This document shows positions 47,216 through 54,909 of a stretch of DNA of 64,000 nt, piece by piece. Numbering within the stretch: position 1 is the stretch's first letter; each line of letters opens with the position of its first letter. The notes beneath the pieces are model-generated. The model was given only the letters and a program-made list of their open reading frames with translations, did not search any database and was not told the origin of the DNA. Both the position numbers and the translations under genes were made by a program. Source of the DNA: an uncultured virus (IMG/VR IMGVR_UViG_3300025778_000013). Its lineage: Duplodnaviria; Heunggongvirae; Uroviricota; Caudoviricetes. The DNA is taken from IMG/VR virus record IMGVR_UViG_3300025778_000013; one strand, written 5' to 3'.

Positions 47216-48291
47216 TGGTTCTTCAGCGCCCAGTCTTTGAAGTCGCTATTCATTACACAGAACGCTTGCTTTGTAGACTTCATCACGCTTGTAGCAAACA
47301 GGGCTTGCCACTCCATATCCATACGCTTACTGTATGTCAACCACTTACTGAGAGTATCTTTCTCTACACGACTGATAGCACTAAACACCATAATACATTT
47401 GGCTACCGCATCATCAGGCATCTTCGCAGTCGCAGGGTTAGCAATCACCGCATCCCATGTAGGCATCTTATCCACAACAGTAAAGAACGCTTGCATATCT
47501 CGACTCGCACTCTCACCGATTGTGCCGCTTAGTAGTGAGATTGTTAGTGCATCACCCAACTCTGCCCTCTGCTTGGCAATATGGCTAGCCTTCTCAAGAC
47601 TACGGGGTGTAACAACTGCATTTTGCCCAGCCTTTGTAGGATTAAAGATATACGGGTTATCCTTCTGACTACCATCTGTATAGCTAGCGAGTGCATGAGG
47701 GAACTGCTTTACCCACGCAATTACTTCGGGTGCAATATCAGACTTCAATGCCCAATCAATCCATTCATCTGAATCAGGTTTACGCACAACAATTTCACAG
47801 ATACGATTTCTAGCATGGGCTTCGAGCATATCGCCTACACCATCCGATAACAGATTAGAAGTGCCAAACACAATAGAACCTTCGGGTAAATAGTCATCAC
47901 CAATTCTATGCTCCAGCATAAGAGTCAATAGCACATTCTTAACTGCTTTCATGGCTTTACCAATCTCGTCAAGCATAACGATTACTGGCTTACCGCTTTG
48001 CATTTTGAATCGTGCATTTGGTGCGAACTTAGTTACTCTTAGTCCTGCTTTCATGCCGTTGCCTTCGATTGTTTCGGTGTAGGGTAGTGCGAAGTCCCCC
48101 AAGTCCAACAGGGTGCAATCTATATAGGCTATATCGTAAGAGGGATACCGCTTCTCCAAGACTTTCAACATGGATGACTTACCAATCCCAGGCTCACCTC
48201 GACCTATGATAGTTACATCTTTACCTACAACCCCAATCGAGTGGGCAAACTCGACTAACGATACTGACTGCCCAAAGTTAATAACACTCAT
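47203..48291 (-). CDS. AAA+ ATPase (MoxR/dynein-related)
   Basis: GEPGIGKS, MLDEIGK, GTSN, RNR, TPRS. Confidence 0.88.
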   Translation of the reverse strand: MSVINFGQSVSLVEFAHSIGVVGKDVTIIGRGEPGIGKSSMLKVLEKRYPSYDIAYIDCTLLDLGDFALPYTETIEGNGMKAGLRVTKFAPNARFKMQSGKPVIVMLDEIGKAMKAVKNVLLTLMLEHRIGDDYLPEGSIVFGTSNLLSDGVGDMLEAHARNRICEIVVRKPDSDEWIDWALKSDIAPEVIAWVKQFPHALASYTDGSQKDNPYIFNPTKAGQNAVVTPRSLEKASHIAKQRAELGDALTISLLSGTIGESASRDMQAFFTVVDKMPTWDAVIANPATAKMPDDAVAKCIMVFSAISRVEKDTLSKWLTYSKRMDMEWQALFATSVMKSTKQAFCVMNSDFKDWALKNQWLF

Positions 48292-48357
48292 TGTAAAACT
48301 CCTCACTTGTTAACAACTGTTAATAAAACTACAAAAGAACTACCACTTATTAAAACC

Positions 48358-48386
48358 ATTATAACATATATAAACATCTTTGTCAA
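48358..48386 (-). promoter_or_regulatory. consensus sigma70 early promoter
   Basis: TTGACA-17 bp-TATAAT with TG extension. Confidence 0.85.
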
Positions 48387-48390
48387 GCAT

Positions 48391-49323
48391 TTACACCACA
48401 CCCATTACCGCAGTTTCACCTACCTCGACCTCAATAGTTTTCTTTATGTCATTAGCATTTTCAGCTATGCTCCACACCTGACGCTTGATGTAATCCCACT
48501 TGAACTTAAGGTCATGTATATGGCTTTGTCTGCTTGGATTGTTCGGGTCAGTAAAGGTTTGTGCCAACTTCTTATCCTCTGCTTTCCACGCATCCGCAGT
48601 TAGTGCCATGTATGCCAGCATATAGTCATCCTCATGTAGATTACTAAACCATTCGTATGCTCTTGGGTTTCGCCACATAATATTGCCGCCATAAGTTCTA
48701 GTAGCGACCTCATCAGGTATCGCATTGTAGATGTAATAACTTCTCCACCCATCATTGTTAATCATTCCATATTCCCTTCGGGTTTCATCCATCACCCAAC
48801 CATCTGATAACTTATGAATCATCTTTGCCCATTGTAGGAATGGCTCTAGTGGTTCACGCGCCTTCTTTGCCTTCTCTCTATCTACAACTTGTTTCTGTAT
48901 CTTTATCTCGTTTACGGGTTTATACCAATCGCCCTCAACCCACTCGATCATCAGTCCACCCTCACCCTCAGGTATTGGGTATGCTTTGGCATCTTCATTA
49001 GAACTAGACTTGATACTTACCCACAACTTCTTGTGTGCCTTGTAGCATCTGAATGGCGAGTGATTGCCTATAAATGCCGCAGTAATTGGGGTCGACCATG
49101 TTTCAGCAGTCAGCTTGATATCCCCATTGAGGTAATACTTCACGCAGTCAGTTTGGTATAGCCTTGCACCATATACATCCATGCCATCTTCCACATACTT
49201 AACGACTTGCTCCCAATCCCTGTGCCTGCTACCTAATGGTCTGCACTCAACCGACCGCCCACGAATAGGCTTGACTTGCTCATACTTGTTTTTGTAATAC
49301 TCGTAACCGCTTAATTTACTCAT
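48391..49323 (-). CDS. hypothetical early protein
   Basis: KPIRGR...RPLG.R...LYQTD. Confidence 0.6.
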   Translation of the reverse strand: MSKLSGYEYYKNKYEQVKPIRGRSVECRPLGSRHRDWEQVVKYVEDGMDVYGARLYQTDCVKYYLNGDIKLTAETWSTPITAAFIGNHSPFRCYKAHKKLWVSIKSSSNEDAKAYPIPEGEGGLMIEWVEGDWYKPVNEIKIQKQVVDREKAKKAREPLEPFLQWAKMIHKLSDGWVMDETRREYGMINNDGWRSYYIYNAIPDEVATRTYGGNIMWRNPRAYEWFSNLHEDDYMLAYMALTADAWKAEDKKLAQTFTDPNNPSRQSHIHDLKFKWDYIKRQVWSIAENANDIKKTIEVEVGETAVMGVV

Positions 49324-49364
49324 GATAGTTTTTCCTCACTTGGTTTGTTAACACTTGTTAATAA

Positions 49365-49607
49365 TTAGGCTCTCGCCAGCTTTTGTAATGCCACTACTGT
49401 TTCGTTTGTTTGCCATGCCTGTTCTGCTTTAGCTATGGCATGCACCTCGTTTGTCGCAAATACAGTCATCTTGTGATGCTTATTCCCCCTGATTTTGTAG
49501 GTTATTTCGTATGCTTGTATGTCGCTTCGTGGTTCATAGTCTTCAATCTGCTCCATAATTTTCCACATCTCATCACTAATCTCAGGCACTATTCTCACTA
49601 TCTTCAT
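49365..49607 (-). CDS. hypothetical early protein
   Basis: ATGA-coupled ORF. Confidence 0.5.
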   Translation of the reverse strand: MKIVRIVPEISDEMWKIMEQIEDYEPRSDIQAYEITYKIRGNKHHKMTVFATNEVHAIAKAEQAWQTNETVVALQKLARA

Positions 49608-49813
49608 ACCATCACCACATCCAACCCTAGTTTCCCGATAGGGAATGAGTGATACAACCACCTATCCTCACCATCTAACTCCCTAACTTGTATCCTAGAA
49701 TTGTCCTCACTCAAACTTAATAACTCATACCGCCTACTAAATCCCTTGTAGTCCTTCCTTACTATCCAATCACCGCTATGCAACTCCCTTCCTGTCTTTT
49801 TGTCGATCAACAT
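49604..49813 (-). CDS. hypothetical early protein
   Basis: AAGGAG RBS; MLIDKKTGRELHSGD. Confidence 0.55.
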   Translation of the reverse strand: MLIDKKTGRELHSGDWIVRKDYKGFSRRYELLSLSEDNSRIQVRELDGEDRWLYHSFPIGKLGLDVVMV

Positions 49814-49823
49814 CTCGATCTCC

Positions 49824-50135
49824 TTATCCTCTAAACAACCAATATATAAAGCCACCTACTCCGCCAACAACACATAGAACCCACAATGCACCAACAAAAG
49901 CATTAGCTAGAAAGTCCATTGTCAGCATGAAGTCAGTCTTTGCACCATACAACCACATAGCATATTGAGCATCTCTGAAAGCCTCGCTTGTAGTCCTATG
50001 GGTTTTGTTACTGTGGATATACTGTGCTGGGTCTGTTTCCCCTATGTATAGATTTGTTGGTGTTCGCTTACTTATTGTTGGGGTTATTACTTGCTTTGAT
50101 AATACTTGTTTTGATTTACGCTTAATCGTTGTCAT
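49824..50135 (-). CDS. hypothetical membrane protein
   Basis: HRTTSEAFRDAQYA; C-terminal TM. Confidence 0.55.
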   Translation of the reverse strand: MTTIKRKSKQVLSKQVITPTISKRTPTNLYIGETDPAQYIHSNKTHRTTSEAFRDAQYAMWLYGAKTDFMLTMDFLANAFVGALWVLCVVGGVGGFIYWLFRG

Positions 50136-50304
50136 TTGTGTTTTCTCCTATATATGTATTCTCACCCAATATAAACCCTAATATAAAACTGCTAAATACC
50201 AAACCAATCAGGGCAATAATAGGCACATCAGTAATAATCCACACCGCACATAATGAAAGCATGGCAACTCCAACTACCATAACTAAATAATCCCATATAT
50301 TCAT
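50122..50304 (-). CDS. small two-TM membrane protein
   Basis: GGAG RBS; two hydrophobic segments. Confidence 0.5.
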   Translation of the reverse strand: MNIWDYLVMVVGVAMLSLCAVWIITDVPIIALIGLVFSSFILGFILGENTYIGENTNDND

Positions 50305-50537
50305 TTTGTTTCTCCAATATATAACTCGTTCATGTTTTCCTCGTAAGATTTCCAACCCTTCCAAGGTCTGATTCGACTACCAAATATATACAACAAGCTA
50401 TTGCTTTCCATCACCAACTCTTCTTTTTTCTGCCTAGTCAGGCATCCTTTGATGCGATACCAAATACTGTTTTGTGCTTCCTGTGCCAGCTTGTTTATCC
50501 TTGCCTTGTGTTGGCTTGGATGTAGTTTCTTAGTCAT
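50301..50537 (-). CDS. hypothetical early protein
   Basis: AAGGA RBS. Confidence 0.5.
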   Translation of the reverse strand: MTKKLHPSQHKARINKLAQEAQNSIWYRIKGCLTRQKKEELVMESNSLLYIFGSRIRPWKGWKSYEENMNELYIGETK

Positions 50538-50679
50538 TTGGGTTTTCCTTTAGGTATTTTTGGGACTTCGCAACTATTTTATCTACTGCATCCTTCCACT
50601 CATCTGCTGGCTCATCGGGATCATTTTGCCTAGATACCAACTCACACAACAACTCTAATAAATCCCTAGCTTCACTCAT
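50530..50679 (-). CDS. small acidic hypothetical protein (49 aa; not in ORF track)
   Basis: GGAGG RBS; MSEARDLLELLCELV. Confidence 0.45.
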   Translation of the reverse strand: MSEARDLLELLCELVSRQNDPDEPADEWKDAVDKIVAKSQKYLKENPND

Positions 50680-50885
50680 TTCACTATCCCTCCTTTGTTG
50701 TTAACACCTGTTAATAAATCCCTGTCTGTAACGAGTATGTAATTGGATTTATGAAGTGGAACGACACACCGCACCACCTTTTTTGCCAACTCATCACCGC
50801 ATGGTAAACAGAACTTGTAGCCCAGTTCCCACCTACCATTACTTATGTCTTCTCCGCAATTCCTACAAAGATGTTTAAAATTCAT
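50676..50885 (-). CDS. small zinc-finger protein (DksA/TraR-like C4)
   Basis: CRNCGEDI...R..LGYKFCLPCG...PLHKSNY. Confidence 0.6.
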   Translation of the reverse strand: MNFKHLCRNCGEDISNGRWELGYKFCLPCGDELAKKVVRCVVPLHKSNYILVTDRDLLTGVNNKGGIVK

Positions 50886-50904
50886 TATTCCACCTTACTT
50901 TGTC

Positions 50905-51261
50905 ATGTTGTTCCGTAAATATACGGGTTTGTTCTGCCTTGTTCCGAAAATGGAAACGAGGGAATTTACTTATACTTCAACGACTTAGCCGCTTCGTTCT
51001 GTTTTGTTCCAATGTTCCGCACATATAACACCTGATAAAAGGCTCTTTGACTTTACAATAATATACTTAGTTTACTTTGTCAAGTAGTGAAACCTACTCC
51101 GTTGGTATATATATATATATGGAACATTGGAACAAACTACTAAAATCGCTTGCAACTCCTTGTTTTATATAGGTTTTTCTTGTTCCATGACTGCGGAACA
51201 TTGCGGAACAAACGGAACAATCAATAAAATCAAGGACTTACAGATTAACACCTGTTAATAA
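50905..51261. other. putative replication origin (TGTTCC/GGAACA iterons, AT core, IHF site)
   Basis: ~11 GTTCC/GGAAC-type copies; 16-bp perfect IR 51003-51018/51121-51136; (TA)n run; AATCAAGGACTTA at 51228. Confidence 0.6.
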
Positions 51262-51319
51262 CTTGCCCAACGGCATCAGCTTCAGCATTAGAACAGGGAA
51301 CTATCACTAAATCGAGGGC

Positions 51320-51345
51320 AAAGAAAAAGCCCACCGAAGTGGGCT
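51320..51345 (-). terminator. intrinsic terminator
   Basis: AGCCCAC-TTCG-GTGGGCT-TTTTCTTT on the - strand after 51363-51884. Confidence 0.85.
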
Positions 51346-51362
51346 ATCCTACAAACTACTTG

Positions 51363-51884
51363 TTACTTCTTTTCGATTGTGTTTAGGGCTTGGTTTAGGA
51401 ATCCCATAACCTTAACGATATCAAAATCGGGCTCTTTCAATTTGCCACCAGCAACAATCAGGGCTTGCAACTTATCCGCAAAACCCTTTTTAGGGGATTC
51501 TGTTTTCTCGGATGGAAAAGCGTATTTTACTACTCGGGCAAAGTATGTCGCAATCGTGGATCGGGCATCCTTTTTAGCTTGGTTTGCCTGTTCCCATTTT
51601 GACTCATAACCAGCATCACGCTTTACAAGTTCTATATATTCCTTTGACCCTTTGCGTGGCAAATCTTGGTTTAATGCGCTTAAATGCTTTTTATTCACAA
51701 TCGGGTTAATAGCATCCGCAATGAATTGCGCTTTAGTTTCCTCAAGGGTTTCTCTAGAACCATAATATGCGCTTACTGTTTCGCCCATTGATTCGAGCTT
51801 GTTTTGCGCTTTGTCAGATTCCATCAAACCTGATTTAACTAGGTTAATCATTTCTACATATTGGGTTTTGTTTTCTTGAATCAT
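51363..51884 (-). CDS. first leftward early protein, hypothetical
   Basis: GTGAGGA RBS; TGG-TATTAT element at ~51968-51976; own terminator. Confidence 0.6.
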   Translation of the reverse strand: MIQENKTQYVEMINLVKSGLMESDKAQNKLESMGETVSAYYGSRETLEETKAQFIADAINPIVNKKHLSALNQDLPRKGSKEYIELVKRDAGYESKWEQANQAKKDARSTIATYFARVVKYAFPSEKTESPKKGFADKLQALIVAGGKLKEPDFDIVKVMGFLNQALNTIEKK

Positions 51885-52313
51885 GATATCCTCACTTGGT
51901 TTAGGTTAGTTAAAACTTATTAACTCGTTTAATAAATCGGGCATTGATAATCCGCAACCCTTAGATACATAATACCAAAATCTAGAAATATACAAAGCAT
52001 TTTAATCCTGACAAATCCAGCGACCCCCACCCCCCAAATACAGTTTGGGACTCCGCCCATGCGATCATACATAGTAATATGCACAGTCAATACAGCGCTT
52101 TTAAAACACCCCCCGGTGCCTATTTTTTAGGCAATACCCCCACCCCTTATATATTTTTCTTTACAATCTTTTGCTTTTTCTTTACAAAAACACCCCCCAT
52201 ACTTCTTTTGGGTCCCCTACTACCACGGGGTATATGTATAAAAAATTAAAAAAACTATACAAATCAAAAAGATATGCATAGAAAGTGCATGAAATTTCAA
52301 TAAAACGTAGCTA

Positions 52314-52343
52314 TGTTGCACCGCAACAATTGTGTGATATACT
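52314..52343 (+). promoter_or_regulatory. promoter overlapped by a TGTTGC-ACC-GCAACA palindrome (PhaR-box-like)
   Basis: TTGCAC-16 bp-TATACT with TG extension; palindrome covers the -35. Confidence 0.55.
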
Positions 52344-52391
52344 ACACAAAAGACTCATAAATGAGTCCGTAACCCACTTAAGGAGTTTTAT

Positions 52392-52505
52392 ATGATGCAT
52401 TCTGATTTTGAAAAAAAGTACAAAGAGTTTGAAGCCCAAGTTAAGCAGGTCAATGAGTTTTGGATCAACGCAATAATCTCAAGCCTCAAACAATTCATTA
52501 AGTAA
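52392..52505 (+). CDS. 37-aa amphipathic peptide (not in ORF track)
   Basis: TAAGGAG RBS; MMHSDFEKKYKEFEAQVKQVNEFWINAIISSLKQFIK; GC hairpin at 52511-52527. Confidence 0.65.
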   Translation: MMHSDFEKKYKEFEAQVKQVNEFWINAIISSLKQFIK

Positions 52506-52575
52506 TAACCGGGGGCCTTGCGCCCCCAAATAAGTGTGGTACACTCCAAACATCGGAGCCACAAACAGCCCACTT

Positions 52576-53175
52576 ATGCCTATAGTCGTAACACCTGAAG
52601 TAGGAATACCCCTTCCTTTCGACACAACACCGGAAGAGATTGATGGTTTTCGTGAAAAAGCACATGCACTATTTGAGACCGTGCAGGACCTAGTTTTGGA
52701 AGGCGCTTCTGTAGAAATTACAGACGAAGATAAAGCAACATCCCATCAAATTGCCGCTCAAGGCAAACTCCCTCCCGTTAAGAACCTCACTCCGGGAACC
52801 ATAATTAACTTAGAAGCTATCCTTTCCGAATGGGATCAGGAAGTTTTAGACGTGGGACGGCGCCTGCGTAACTATGTTACAAACAAATTTATTATGGAAA
52901 GTGTCGATCCAGACCCCCGCCAGCGTATGAAAGCGCTGGAAAACCTAGGACGTATAAGCAATGTTGGGCTGTTTTCGGACCGAATTGAGGTAAATGTAAC
53001 CCATAGAAGTATCGACAGTATCGAGACAGAACTTAAGAAAACGCTGGAATTGTACATGGGTGAGGCTGAGCAGGTAGAAACTGAACTGGACCAAGTACAA
53101 AAAGAAAAGCAAAAAACCATAGCCGATATAGATATTGAAGAAGAGCTGGGTGTAAAAGAAGACGATGAGTCCTGA
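52576..53175 (+). CDS. terS: terminase small subunit (putative)
   Basis: Directly upstream of terL; RLRNYVTNK, KALENLGRISNVGLF. Confidence 0.6.
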   Translation: MPIVVTPEVGIPLPFDTTPEEIDGFREKAHALFETVQDLVLEGASVEITDEDKATSHQIAAQGKLPPVKNLTPGTIINLEAILSEWDQEVLDVGRRLRNYVTNKFIMESVDPDPRQRMKALENLGRISNVGLFSDRIEVNVTHRSIDSIETELKKTLELYMGEAEQVETELDQVQKEKQKTIADIDIEEELGVKEDDES

Positions 53176-54688
53176 ATTACTAGAAGCTGCCCAAAAAGCA
53201 CTACCTAGCTTGCCACCTGCGGTGCAGCAGAAGGTGGGACAACTTATTGCCGAAGCTAGAAAAATCAAAGCCCATGAAACTGCCCAGCAGGACTTTATGG
53301 CGTACGTCAACTATGTATGGCCTAGCTTTATTCACGGCGAACACCATGTCAAAATGGCAAGAGCGTTTGAAAGGGTAGCAAATGGAGAGATTAAAAGACT
53401 TATTATCAACATGCCACCTCGTCACACTAAGTCTGAGTTTGCTTCTTATCTGCTTCCATCTTGGTTTTTGGGGAAATACCCGGCAAAAAAGGTTATTCAA
53501 ACTTCGCATACTGCAGAACTTGCGGTCGGCTTTGGTCGTAAAGTGCGTAACTTAGTCGATTCTGACGTATATAAAGATATTTTTCCTGATGTTGCGCTGC
53601 AATCGGACTCAAAAGCGGCGGGTCGCTGGGCTACTAATAGAGGCGGTGACTACTTTGCGATCGGTGTGGGCGGTGCAGTGACTGGTAAAGGTGCGGATTT
53701 GCTCATAATTGACGACCCACACTCAGAACAAGAAGCTGCGCTCTCCGAAGTTAACCCCGAAATCTACGATAAAACCTACGAATGGTACACATCTGGACCA
53801 CGTCAGCGTCTACAACCAGGCGGAGCAATCGTAATTGTGATGACGCGGTGGAGTAAAAAGGATTTGACCGGTCAAGTGTTAAAATCGGCAGCTCAAAGAA
53901 GCGGCGAAGACTGGGAAGTGATTGAATTTCCTGCATTATTACCTTCTGGGCGACCACTTTGGCCTGAATTTTGGTCAAGATTAGAACTTGAAGCGCTAAA
54001 AGCCGAACTTCCTAACGGCAAATGGATGGCGCAGTACCAACAACAGCCAACTTCAGATGTATCAGCGATTATTAAACGGGAGTGGTGGAATGTTTGGGAG
54101 GATGACGACCCTCCTTATTGCGAATTTATTATCCAATCTTGGGATACGGCGTTTTTAAAGACAGAACGGTCAGACTTTTCAGCATGTACTACATGGGGAG
54201 TTTTTTATGCCCCGGACGATACAGGCAGAGAGCAAGCGAATATAATCTTGTTAAATGCGTTTAAGAAACGGATGGAGTTTCCGGAGTTAAAGCAACGAGC
54301 GTACGAAGAATATAAAGAATGGCAGCCAGATGCGATGATTGTTGAAGCGAAAGCTTCGGGTGCTCCGCTGATATTTGAACTACGGGCGATGGGTATTCCT
54401 GTCCAAGAGTTTACGCCTACTAGGGGTAATGATAAAATTGCAAGATTAAACGCAGTCGCAGATATTTTTGCAAGCGGTCACGTGTGGGTACCAAATACGC
54501 ATTGGGCTGAGGAGTTGGTAGAAGAAGTAGCGTCTTTTCCTTCGGGAGAACATGATGACTTGGTGGACTCAATGAGCCAAGCGATGCTTCGCTACCGTAG
54601 GGGTGGGTTTATTAGGCTGGCTTCTGATGAAGAAGACGAGGTCAGAGAATTTAAGAGTAGTAGAAGCAAGGGATACTACAATGTTTAA
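53165..54688 (+). CDS. terL: terminase large subunit
   Basis: NMPPRHTKSE, LIIDDPH, QSWDTA, VEAKASG, HDDLVD. Confidence 0.95.
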   Translation: MSPELLEAAQKALPSLPPAVQQKVGQLIAEARKIKAHETAQQDFMAYVNYVWPSFIHGEHHVKMARAFERVANGEIKRLIINMPPRHTKSEFASYLLPSWFLGKYPAKKVIQTSHTAELAVGFGRKVRNLVDSDVYKDIFPDVALQSDSKAAGRWATNRGGDYFAIGVGGAVTGKGADLLIIDDPHSEQEAALSEVNPEIYDKTYEWYTSGPRQRLQPGGAIVIVMTRWSKKDLTGQVLKSAAQRSGEDWEVIEFPALLPSGRPLWPEFWSRLELEALKAELPNGKWMAQYQQQPTSDVSAIIKREWWNVWEDDDPPYCEFIIQSWDTAFLKTERSDFSACTTWGVFYAPDDTGREQANIILLNAFKKRMEFPELKQRAYEEYKEWQPDAMIVEAKASGAPLIFELRAMGIPVQEFTPTRGNDKIARLNAVADIFASGHVWVPNTHWAEELVEEVASFPSGEHDDLVDSMSQAMLRYRRGGFIRLASDEEDEVREFKSSRSKGYYNV

Positions 54689-54905
54689 GTGCGTGAGGCG
54701 GTGGGTTTTTTGGTATAAGCGGAGTAGGGCTTGGAAACATTTTATTAATACTGAGCTTCTTATAGCAAGAATGAGAAACCCTGCAAACCCTCCCACAGAA
54801 AAAGAACTTGAAGCATTTATGAAAAAATATGATTTGGGTTGGGATTCACACATGATTGATAGCGTACCAAAACGACGTACGTATTTTGAAGCAGAACTAG
54901 GATAA
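54681..54905 (+). CDS. hypothetical 74-aa protein between terL and portal
   Basis: ATG 54681 overlapping the terL stop. Confidence 0.5.
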   Translation: MFKCVRRWVFWYKRSRAWKHFINTELLIARMRNPANPPTEKELEAFMKKYDLGWDSHMIDSVPKRRTYFEAELG

Positions 54906-54909
54906 ACAC

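Larger units (their letters stand above)
45083..51261. promoter_or_regulatory. six copies of a 20-bp palindromic operator TTRTTAAC-N4-GTTAATAA
   Basis: 45083, 47016, 48307, 49345, 50698, 51242 (left end degenerate); variant at 51917. Confidence 0.75.
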
